Source: Parasitella parasitica NRRL 2501 (taxonomy: Eukaryota; Fungi; Mucoromycota). From it: 64,000 nucleotides of DNA. Below are positions 1 to 10,204 of this stretch, in pieces. The translations under genes and the position numbers were made by a program. A model generated the notes under the pieces. That model saw nothing but the letters and a program-made list of their open reading frames with translations, was not told where the DNA came from and did not search any database. The stretch lies in contig MU619274.1 of assembly GCA_025201805.1 (NCBI GenBank), positions 129,279 to 193,278 on the forward strand. Reading direction: 5' to 3'. Numbering within the stretch: position 1 is the stretch's first letter; each line of letters starts with the position of its first letter.

Positions 1-199
1 TCTGTTTTCAATGTTTGGATTATGTCTCGTTGCTGTCTTGTCTTTAGTCGTCGATTTTGCTGATGTAACTGAAAAGACACTGCATTTAACAGAGAATTGC
101 GGTGAGACTTATGCATAACTTCTTGGTTATGATTGTTGTTGAGTGCATGCATCATGAAAGTAAATTGGCTGTTCAAGTGCTGATTTGTCCGCAAGACTC

Positions 200-1420
200 A
201 CGACTGATCTAACATTTGTTCTTCTTCATCATTAATAGCAATAAGGCGTCTTTTGCGAACATTAAAAGCAAATGACATAGTTGACACATTATTAACAAGC
301 AAAATAAGGGTTGATATGTATTGTTTTTTAATTGAATAAATCGAAAATGTGAAGGTTTATACATGATTTCTGCCTTCAGGGCTCTAATAATAACGAGATT
401 TCGTGGCAAGTCAGGATTTAATTTTACTGTCTCAAATATAGGGAAATATTCAGTTATTACCTTCTGAATTAGGAAGGTTTTCGACTTTTTTGCATTTTTA
501 ATTGAAGGAAATAAAATATTTTTATTTCTATAAATTTTTTTTTTAGTTATGATACTGTGTTCGTGAAGGGATCTTTGTGAGGCAACCAGCACCTTGATCT
601 CGTTCAATCGCTTACATTTAATCCAAAAGACAAAGTTGTAAGAATTTCCATCGACTTTCTCGGGGTGGATATTCTAGTTCGCCAGGCCATTTCTAACGTA
701 CTTGTGCTGTAAAATGGTTCATTCGCCAAAACGCAGTATGTGGTGATTTTCAGCGAGTCAATCCTGGCAAAGATCTTTGATATGTGGCTCAGCACAATGT
801 AGTGTATCCGATCGACTTTATAGATGAGATTTATGAGTGTAATCACATTATCTCTGCTGCGAACTCTTTTCATTAATTTACATTGACTTGCATGGGTGGA
901 TAGAATTAGCAAGCAACTTTTCTTGTTTGGCAAAGGCTGCTGCCATCACCTTGGAATGCTCACCCACGAAATGAATCACAACGTGTATTTGATTATTAGG
1001 CAAGTACCGGTATTTGTGCAGCCATATCAGAACGCTGTCAACACACAACACTCTGTCGAATTCGAGAGAAACGGAAAACATATCCCATGTTTTGGAAACT
1101 GGTTTAGCATTATCGCACACTTAAAAGGTGTTAACAAAGGAGAATCTGCAACCATAATGGAGAAGTCCAGCTGCTGCGAATTTCTGGGACTTGAATGTGT
1201 CGCTTTGACCGTATACGCATCTGTTTTGACGCACAGTTTCTTCCAGAATAATCACTGTCTTTACCAGATTTCCAAGCTCTACTGTCTCGACACTTGCTGA
1301 GATGAACTGGAATGCGTTTGAGCCTAATTGCACTTGGCTGTAGAGAACTGATTGAGCAGTAGTTTTAGAGTCTTTGCAAAATACTAGTTGACAAGAATAC
1401 CAGAACAGTGGTGTCGCAGC
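200..1420 (-). pseudogene. Decayed Mucorales-type F-box/LRR-like gene
   Basis: Fragment CQLVFCKDSKTTAQSVLYSQVQLG...LGNLVKTV resembles the F-box C-terminal motif (C.LVCK.W...A...LY). The sequence continues only as short ORFs in shifting frames with stops. Boundaries approximate. Confidence 0.5.
440..562. repeat. Short dispersed repeat, copy 1 (inverted relative to 57118-57208)
   Basis: AGGGAAATATTCAGTTATTACCTTCT..ATTAGGAAGGTTTTCGACTTTTTT...TTTTAGTTATGATA is the reverse complement of 57118-57208. Confidence 0.85.
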
Positions 1421-2201
1421 TTTTTCTACGGCATTTTGAGCGTATGTGTTTCGGATCGCCAGAGTGTTTGATACAAAAGGACGACGACAGCATAGTATAC
1501 AAAACTGCATTTATATATATCATAGCTCCGGCTAAACAGCAGATTATGAAAATTAATATCGATCGTCATGCTCCGTACAAAATGGGTCGCTTTTGTAAAC
1601 AAGTTACTACATCGTGGAACCTGCCTAGTGCTACTTTTGTCGAGCTGTATAATTTATACTATATATACTGTGCGTCCAATCGTGGAATCACTATAAATAA
1701 AACTACAAACAAACAGTATGCACGAGCACATACGGTACATGGAGGGGCAATTTAAAGGCATATTGCATGCAAAAAGTATATATTAAACCAACATCTCCAG
1801 CAGACCCAAACAAAGACGGGATGCGATGCTATGTACAGGCAGCTTATTTTTGCAGTTTCCCGTTGCAGTTTATACATTGTAAGTGGTGGAGAGATATCGA
1901 TAATGCGAGCTGATGATTCAACATGCAGCATTGCCTGGCGCTCTCATAAAAATAAGGAATTAAGGCCCCCATCTCCGAGCGTATACATGTATGCTGTCAT
2001 GTATGCGCCTAAATGAGGAGACAACAATGGACAAAGAACAGGCAGAAATAAAATTACACAATGATGACAGACATTTTAGTTTTCACTAGCATTTTTTATA
2101 TACTTTGAATTTCTTGGATAGTTATATTTGTATGTATAAGAGATAGGGTGGGATGGATTAATATATATATTATTACTTGGATAAGAGAGGGTATACGCTA
2201 A

Positions 2202-3167
2202 TCAGTAAACATTACCTGCACTGGCAGCAACAGCAGTCGGTGCAGGTCTATAGAAAGCAGAGGGTTTCGCAGATGGACCATGGGGATAGTCCAACTTGAT
2301 CTCGCCCTCAGCGTTCAATAGTGCTTGGATCGTATTCATCTTTGGGGAGGAGCTTGAGCAGATGGAAGAGGTAGTAGAAGTAGACGAGGATTCTGATAAA
2401 GAAGGTTGGTAGTTATGTGGTGGAGGAAGGCGAACGTTTGTTGTTTGTTGCTGTACCTGATCAAACCTTCTTTTTTGAGGTTGTGTTTGCCGGTAATTAT
2501 TGCCGCCGTCGTCATGATGGTAATCGCCGTAATACGGACCGGAATGATGAGCCTGCATATTCCGTTGCTCAACAGGCACAAAAGCGGATCTCTGGTGATA
2601 CTGGTGAGCAATCGGATAATGGTGGTGGTGGTGTTGGCTTTGGCTTTGGCTTTGATGTTGTTGCTGTTGTTGCTGTTGTTGCTGTTGTTGTGGATGATGA
2701 TGATGATGCTTCTCCTGCTGCTGCTGCTGTTGTTGATATCGTTGTTGCTGTTGTTTCAATAGTGTTTGCAAAATATCCTCAATAACGCTCAAGCGGTTTT
2801 CAATGGCTTGGATGGCTGTGTTTGATTTGTCGTTCGATTGCGATAGTTGTTGTGGCTGTGGCTGATAAAAACGAGGTTCTTGTTGCGTTTGTTGCGACTG
2901 CGGGGGGAGGGAAGAAGCAGACGTGGGAGAAGAAGAAGCGGCAAGTGGGCGATTGTTTGAAGGCCTTGACTTTGGCGGGTTTGAGTATTTGCAATCCACA
3001 TTTGCTTTGATACATCCAGCACAAGGTTTTTCTCCATTGCATTTGGTTTTCTTCCGACGGCATTCACTACATGCACTTACTACTTTGAGTCTTTTTCGTC
3101 TCGTTTTATCGACGGGTAATTGCACAGCTTTAGGCTCTGCTATTTCAGTTGAATTGTACATTTGCAT
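2202..3167 (-). CDS. Zn(II)2Cys6 transcription factor with Q/H-rich low-complexity region (intronless)
   Basis: ACSECRRKKTKCNGEKPCAGCIKANVDCKY binuclear cluster, coiled coil IENRLSVIEDIL and polyQ/H tract. Start taken at MQMYNSTE because the upstream ORF extension is T-rich UTR-like sequence. Confidence 0.9.
   Translation of the reverse strand: MQMYNSTEIAEPKAVQLPVDKTRRKRLKVVSACSECRRKKTKCNGEKPCAGCIKANVDCKYSNPPKSRPSNNRPLAASSSPTSASSLPPQSQQTQQEPRFYQPQPQQLSQSNDKSNTAIQAIENRLSVIEDILQTLLKQQQQRYQQQQQQQEKHHHHHPQQQQQQQQQQQHQSQSQSQHHHHHYPIAHQYHQRSAFVPVEQRNMQAHHSGPYYGDYHHDDGGNNYRQTQPQKRRFDQVQQQTTNVRLPPPHNYQPSLSESSSTSTTSSICSSSSPKMNTIQALLNAEGEIKLDYPHGPSAKPSAFYRPAPTAVAASAGNVY
2620..2756 (-). repeat. CAA/CAG/CAT trinucleotide microsatellite encoding polyQ/polyH
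   Basis: Runs of tgt/tgc/tga triplets on the + strand. Confidence 0.85.
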
Positions 3168-3929
3168 TAAAAAAAAAATAATAATAATAAAAATAAAATA
3201 GAAAAATAAAAGGAATGGAATAAAGGAGAGTATTACTGTATAAATGTGTTGTGGTAAAAGAGAAAAGATAAAGAAGAAGAAGAAGAAGGCGAAAAAGAAA
3301 GGGCAGGAAGGTTTATATCTTGATTTTTTTAAGGGGAACCAACAACGTGGAGTTGGGGGGTGGGGGATACACGAAAAAGCCAAAGGAGGATAGAAGGAAC
3401 GTTTATCGACACTTCTCCGTATGAATCCACTATTATCTCGATTCAAAGCAGCCGTTCTGTTCCACCATATAGCCACCATCATGCGCATATCCTTTGTATA
3501 TGTATTTCTGGTATTTCGTGATTTCTGATAGCTTTCAAGTAAAATGGCACTGTGCTTTAAAGACAGACAAATGCACTTTCATGTGATGTTATTATTCATC
3601 ATTTCGTACGGGATTCGCTCGATCTTGTGAGCCTAAATTGAAATTCGGATATAACATGTACTCGAAAGACACTTTTTTTCTTTTTTTTTTTTTTTTTTTA
3701 TCGATGGAAATCCGGGACTTTTGTTTACTACCAAGAGGATAAAATGTCGCCGAAAGTCCTTGACGATGATCATTAATAATAAATGGCGTGGGCAAGGGTT
3801 CAGCGGCATGTTTCGTGACCATCCCGGTACTCTAATCCGTGTCCTAAAATCAAACCGCATTAATAATCGCAATATATCGAATTTCTCTCGCCTTTTCTTT
3901 TTTCTTGCTATTTCACTTAAAATTCAAAC

Positions 3930-4928
3930 ATGAGTCAAGAACTAAAGCAAGACATTGGTACGTAGCACTCTGTTATTCTGGTATGCTTGCACTTGAGCTC
4001 ATGCAAAAAATATATATATATCTACATATAAATACATATAGACTGGGAAGGAAAGTGGCAAAGCGGCAACACTCAATGGGATGCAGGAGAACCAAGCCCT
4101 GCCCTTACTGATTTAATTCAAAATGAAGAGACTAAAAAGTTAATTCCAGAGCACGGACGAGGATTAGTTCCGGGCTGCGGATCAGGTAACCAAAAAGTAA
4201 AGAAGCACGAGTTTACGCTCTTTATTAATACATATTGGTTTACATGTAGGCTATGATGTCGTGTTTTTAGCTACCAAGACCAGACATATGACTGGCATGG
4301 ACTTTAGTCAAACTTGTGTTGACAAGTTGCTCAAGGTACAGCATCATGGGTGTATATCCATCATTTCAGAATGGCAGAGACTCAGATCTATGTGCATGTA
4401 ATGCTTTATTAGGATCATCCAAATGCAGCTGCCGACAATTACGACTTTGTATGCGCTGATTTCTATAAATTCACGGCACCCCAAGACGGATATGTCCTCG
4501 CCTATGATTATACGTAAGTCTATAAAGGTTTACCTGTGGCATTACGCACAGTCTGAGCCGTCGTTATGTAGGTTTCTTTGTGCTATGGAGCCCTATATGC
4601 GTCCAGCCTGGGCAGAAAAATACAGTCAACTCATTAAAAAGGACGGTATCCTAATCACATTGATGTTCCCCATTGATGGACACGAAGGTGGACCCCCATT
4701 TGCAGTAAACGAAGAACTGTGAGTTTTTGGAATGCAACCCCAAGGGGAGGGGTGGGGGGGGTGGGAAGGGTTGGGGGGGGGGGAAAATCACTCATATTCT
4801 AGTATATTATCTGCCATAGGTACCATGAATTGCTGTCTGATAATTTCGATTTGATATTCATCAAAGACGCCATTGGACATCCCTCAAGACTTGGCAAAGA
4901 GAAAATCGCTATTTGGAAGAGGAAATGA
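3930..4928 (+). CDS. SAM-dependent thiol/halide methyltransferase (TPMT/HOL family), multi-exon
   Basis: Spliced exons give [56 protein letters not shown] and end ..IAIWKRK*. Confidence 0.85.
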
Positions 4929-5073
4929 AATGACAGGTTTATTCTGTACGAGGTGATTTTGGAACTTTTGGTGGCGATGGTGCTGTATCTAGTAATTTAC
5001 GTTTTGCGCTACAAGTAAGATGTTGTATCAATAAAAAAAAAAGGCTAGTGTTCCAAATAGATATATTGAATAA

Positions 5074-6599
5074 TCACCTGCTATTAACGGCAACGGGCGT
5101 AGCAGCGAATGCAATGTCAGAGCTAAGCGGAAAAGAGATGCAATACATGTCCTTCTTTGGTGCCACATTGCGAACCCAGTGAACTGAACTCTTGCTGGGA
5201 TCGGGGTTGCCGCCCATAACTCGAGCAACGCGCTAAATATACACATACAGATTAAATTGCCATACAGGTATACATTTGTGGTGTGCCTCACCTCTGAAAT
5301 GTCTTGCAGAGCATCGCTGCTCTTTGTGAAACAATGGCAGTGAATCATTGGTAATTTAGCACGAGGGCTCGCATTGAACAAGTCCTTTTGGTTGTGATAA
5401 AGGCCCCGGAATGCATCGAGAAACTCAATAGCTGTTGCCGGCAAGTTCATTACGAAATGATCAAAGGTTTTCCACTCGTTCGTCGAGGTGGCCTGCAAGT
5501 CCTTTACTGCTTGTCGGATAAACGCACGACCATCCATGTTGTAAGGAAAGATGCCATTGCTAATCTTGTTGGCTTTGATGTTTTCCTTCATGTATTCGTA
5601 TGATGAAGGATTCAGGTCATTGGCGTATACAATGGACCCCTTTTTCGCTGCTGGTAAAGCGAATGGGCCCACGCCGGCAAAAACATCGCACACATACTCG
5701 GTTGGCTTGAATAGCTGGACAAGACGATCATGTTCTGTGTGTAGCCGAGAGTTCCAGTACACCTTGGAGAAATCAAACTTGAATTTGCAGCCGCTTTCTT
5801 TCTATCTAGATGTTATTTTCCAGCCCTTCATCAATTTACAGACAAACACACGTACAACTTGTGCAATCATATCGTCTTTGCCAGCCAATATCTCCATCTG
5901 GAAGAATCTGAATGTTGTATCTATATTGTTTGTCTTGTTTACAACGGTAGTGATATTCTTGTTTTTCTAGAAATATGCTGGTTTAGAGGGTTGCTGCAAC
6001 CGTCTACTATTTAGCCGCTTATGCTTACGTCTAGGATGACCTGTCCGATCAAATGCTTCCAGGGGTAATAACGCTCGCGCAAATTCATGTGGGCAATGTG
6101 TCCAACTTGCGTGAAAGATGTGGGAATGTCGGTCGAGTCTTCTGGCATGACAGCGTGAAATATTTGCTCTGCTGTCCAGAAATCGTAGTTCAACACTACA
6201 TCATGCTGAACTAAGCTCCATCCGTGCTGTTTGAGCAGCTCCAGTTTCTCTTTGGGCAGATCGTCTATTGCGAAAAGTGAATACAGCTTGACAACTCTCC
6301 CCCAGATAGTCTGTCTTACCAGCTTGTTGAAAATCAAGGCTCAAGAGTACCAGCTTTGTTTCCTTGGAGCTGGGATCGGGTTCAACATTGCGAAGCCTGA
6401 GTTGATCGATTATAGCCCTAAACCTGATGTTAGCACAGGCATTGTGTGTCGACATGTGCTAAACCACATACTCGGCAAACGATTTCTTTGCAAGACCCAC
6501 CTGTTTAACAGGGACTTTGACTGCCAATGTCTTGATTACCTTTCTAAACGCTGAGCGCTCAAGCTCTACCATGCCCCTATGTACAGGTGCTGTTATCAT
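5074..6599 (-). CDS. TRM5: tRNA (guanine37-N1)-methyltransferase, multi-exon
   Basis: Motifs SFTQVGHIAHMNLR, VYWNSRLHTEH, DVFAGVGPFALPAAKK, ANDLNP, HFVMNLPATAIEFLDAF and MYCISF. Confidence 0.93.
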
Positions 6600-6762
6600 A
6601 TTCAAAAGAAAGAAAGAAAAAAGCCATGAAAAAAAAAATGAAAAAAAAAAAAAAAACTTTTTGTCAAGTAGCCTTCCGGAAGACTTGTTTATATCAGTTT
6701 TTATTATATGGGTACTGTTTAATAATCTGTTCGAAAACCAAGACTTACGTTTGCTTTGTAAA

Positions 6763-6996
6763 CTATGGATAGCCAGCATCAGCCAAGGGACTAGCAGCAG
6801 GTGGTGGAGGTGGTGGAGGATGAGGAGCACGAGGAGCACGAGGAGGACCTTTAGGCCTCGTTCCTCCTGGACCCAAAAGACCACTTAGCAGACCACCCAA
6901 AAGCCCGGGTTTCTTTTTGGCAGGTGCAGGTGCGGCTTGAGTAAAACCGAGTAATGCGACAAGAAGCATGAGACAGAGAAGGAATTTCACTTGCAT
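6763..6996 (-). CDS. Small secreted Gly/Leu- and Pro-rich basic protein (77 aa)
   Basis: Signal peptide MQVKFLLCLMLLVALLGFTQA-AP, then GLLGGLLSGLLG and a polyPro tract. TATATAAAAG lies about 60 bp upstream on the - strand. Confidence 0.75.
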   Translation of the reverse strand: MQVKFLLCLMLLVALLGFTQAAPAPAKKKPGLLGGLLSGLLGPGGTRPKGPPRAPRAPHPPPPPPPAASPLADAGYP

Positions 6997-7788
6997 TTTG
7001 ATTTCGTTGTGGACAAGGTGCAATAGAAAGATGGGAAGTTGGTTATAACAAGCTCTTTATATACCTGGAAGCCATTGCAGCCTCGAAATGCAAAAGTGTG
7101 TCTTAAAGATAAGAATACAGATATGCATGTATGTAGCTTGCAAATCTACATGGTTCACAATTTCAATTTACTGTTACAGAGTCAAAACTATCAATGAGGC
7201 GCTTAAGCACTTGGCAATAGCGGCATATTTGCCTAAAAAGCTTGTCTTTTTTGACTTTTTGTACAGCTTTGCAGTTACGGTGTTGTGTCGATATCAAGTA
7301 TTATACTCACAAGTCTTGCATGCGTTGTCCTGTTCCAAGGACGGCAAGTACCACTATTTACAACAGCAATAAGGGAGATCTTGAGTGAAATGTAGAGATG
7401 CTTTGTTTGTATTGCATCACGCTGATCAACATTCTGCTTTTACTGCAGTAGCTTGGTTTGCGAGTAGACGCCCTTTTAACGGCACAATCTTATTTGCAAA
7501 GTTGCAGAACAACAGTCGGTGTGCTTTCCAAGAATGCTAGAATTTTCTAACAAAAAGCATTGCTCCAACTTTCCAAGAACCACAGAAAACCGCAACCAAA
7601 CCACCTTGGTTTACACACGAATAATAGACGTCTCTAAATCAAACCAAGGACAGGCAACTTGCAAAGCATCAATGATTCCTCAAAGTCCAAGCATAGGCGA
7701 CAAGACTGATTTGGGCTTTTAGCACAACATGATGCCATGTCAGGAGACGACATGAAATGAGGCCTTTTTTTTTTTTTTTTTTTTTTTT

Positions 7789-7843
7789 NNNNNNNNNNNN
7801 NNNNNNNNNNNNNNNNNNNNNNNNNNNNNNNNNNNNNNNNNNN
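7789..7843. other. Assembly gap (Ns) after poly-T
   Basis: Run of n. Confidence 0.99.
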
Positions 7844-8457
7844 TTTTCTGTAAATCGTTCAAGGCTTTATGCAGGCAAGAGAGTCTCCTATAACGAGTGG
7901 CTAAAGCGCATTTTTTCTCGAATATGGCATAACATGCAGGTGAAATAATGCAGAAAGGGGTCTGTTATCAGCACCAAGAGCGAAACTGTATCTTTGGCTG
8001 TTCTCACACTCATGCCGTGGCTTTCTTGGAAGCTTATTAACTATTTGTATTTTATATGTATATGACATTATGCATAAAGGATATTGCTGTTTGCACATCT
8101 GCTAAGCTTTTCTTTGGAAGCAAGTGGCAATATGAAGCTATAAACTACCACGAATGTTGGTTTGTGATTCTTAGAATGCTTTTTGTAAATGACGCTTGAA
8201 GCACAAAGGGTGTTTTGTTGCTCCTTTGTTTCTACTACTAAAAATATAAGCGTAGACAAAGTGTTGTTTGCCAGACACGGGTTGATGTTCATTTCTTTTT
8301 ATCCTGCGCCTTTAGATAGTTGCGTATGTTTGCTATTTGCGCGATCTTGGAGCTCACTTTTTCATCTATCAAGACAGCGCTTTCTTGGGGACTGATGCAT
8401 AATCGGAGCAGCATAGAAAGAACACTCTAGAAGCTTGGTCTTCTATATTTGAAGTCT

Positions 8458-8964
8458 TTAACCGTATAGTACACATGTAAGATTATAATGTATCTTCCAA
8501 AGGGAAGAGACAGTTTTTATTTGGTTTATGTATATATATATGGTAGACTTGACACAGAGAGACATCCCTCTTTTTTTTTTAAGGCCGAGAACATCCTCAA
8601 GGTCAGTAACAAGGCTATCACTACCGTCATCACCGAGGCCATCAGTGAGGCCATCACCAAGGCCATCAGTGAGGCCATCATCAAGGCCATCACCAAGACC
8701 ACCATCAGTGAGGCCATCAGTGAGGCCATCACCAAGGCCATCATCAAGGCCATCACCAAGACCACCATCAATGCCATCACCAAGACCACCACCAAGGCCA
8801 TCACCAAGACCACCACCAAGACCACCATCAAGGCCATCACCGAGGCCATCACCAAGACCATCACCAAGACCACCACGGGCCTGGAGGCCGTTTACTGGAG
8901 CTGCAACAGCAGCACTGATGAGACAAACAAGGGTGGTAAGACTGAGTAAGAGTTTGGCTTGCAT
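8458..8964 (-). CDS. Small secreted acidic protein of (G-L-G/T/D-D/G) tetrapeptide repeats; true stop may lie near 8580
   Basis: Signal peptide MQAKLLLSLTTLVCLISAAVA-AP, propeptide ending QAR, about 20 GLxD/G repeats. TATAAATA upstream near 9053-9060 on the - strand. Confidence 0.78.
   Translation of the reverse strand: MQAKLLLSLTTLVCLISAAVAAPVNGLQARGGLGDGLGDGLGDGLDGGLGGGLGDGLGGGLGDGIDGGLGDGLDDGLGDGLTDGLTDGGLGDGLDDGLTDGLGDGLTDGLGDDGSDSLVTDLEDVLGLKKKRGMSLCVKSTIYIYINQIKTVSSLWKIHYNLTCVLYG
8625..8876. repeat. 12-bp-period coding minisatellite (e.g. ACCAAGGCCATC)
   Basis: Directly visible tandem repeats. They also open spurious ORFs in the other frames. Confidence 0.9.
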
Positions 8965-10204
8965 TGTGTGTGTTTATGTTTATGTTTATATTGTATGTTG
9001 TATGTTGTATGTTTATGTACAAAAGTCAGGTTCAGGTTCAAAAACTGCCTTGTATTTATACATCTTGTCATTTGTTATTGTAGCAGCTTCGTTTGCAAAA
9101 CTCAGTCAAATAAGAATTGCGTTTCGCACCACGTATATAATGTGCCCTACTGTTTATGTACTATCGGTGCTTGTGTTTACTGTGATCTGCAAAACAACCG
9201 CCAAGTGCATGAATCGACCAAACCGTGTTGTTTATGTCATTCAGCAAGCTGCTTTTGTTGCCGTCAGAAGACATGCCATGAATTTCGAATGATTTGCCAG
9301 CGTCTACGTAGTATCTCAAACCCAACTAGTGTGTACAATAGCAAAGGCAATGTGTTGGAAACCACTAACAAACAACCAGTTTTATTGCAAGAAAGGGTAT
9401 ATTATTGTTTTGTTGGGCCCCCGTTAATCCCCTTGCATGATTATCATGTCCCAGGTATTGATTTTTTAAAGCATTGGCTCAAGAGCCAAGCATCACTGTG
9501 GCTATAATTGGTGCTATCTGCGAATTTTTGGGTAACGTTATGGATATACGTTGGATCAACATGGGATGAAAGGCCGTTACCTGGCTATGGACAATGGTTC
9601 CATTCATAAAGTGGATAAAGTCCCATACTCACCACTTTTAAACCTTATCGAGTAGTTCTGGTCAAAAAGTCAAAAAGTCAAAGAGAGCATAGGGAGAGAT
9701 TGTTTGACAATTGAGGATAATATGACTACCAGAATTATGTATCAGTTGGATTAGGCATTCTTGTTCGTTTTTTGATAGATGCTTGGCTCCTGCCATCATA
9801 GTAACCAAGCTGCCGTCTTTAAGATTGTCTATTTTTAATAAAATTTGATTATATTACATACGCTACAGGAAAATTAGCATATAGAGACACAGAGTGAGGG
9901 GCCTGCGCGTTTGAAATTAATAGTGTAAATCTGTTTTTCAAAGAGCCACATGAGTCAATTGTTTGCTTTTTGCATGCGTCCCAACCAAATGCTGTGCAGG
10001 TCAACAACACTAGAAGAAATGATTCTGACGGTGCAATAAAGGATCCAAGTTGGAGACAAGCTTGGGAATGGGTGCTTATTTTACAAGTGTAGCAGCAGCT
10101 TGATGGATACGGAGTTTCAAGGCCTTGAAGGAAGGAAGCCATGACTGAAAAAAAATCTTTCTACAAGAGCACGTTTTTCTTTCCCGTAACTGTATTATAA
10201 AACC

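Noticed and set aside
2336-3201. Overlapping ORFs with polyL/polyV on the + strand
   Set aside because: Antisense translation of the polyQ/H microsatellite in the Zn2Cys6 gene.
8488-9292. Alternative ORFs over the 12-bp repeat (ITKA, PSPR and MALM repeats)
   Set aside because: These are shadow frames of the minisatellite. Only the - strand GLGD frame has a signal peptide and a TATA box.
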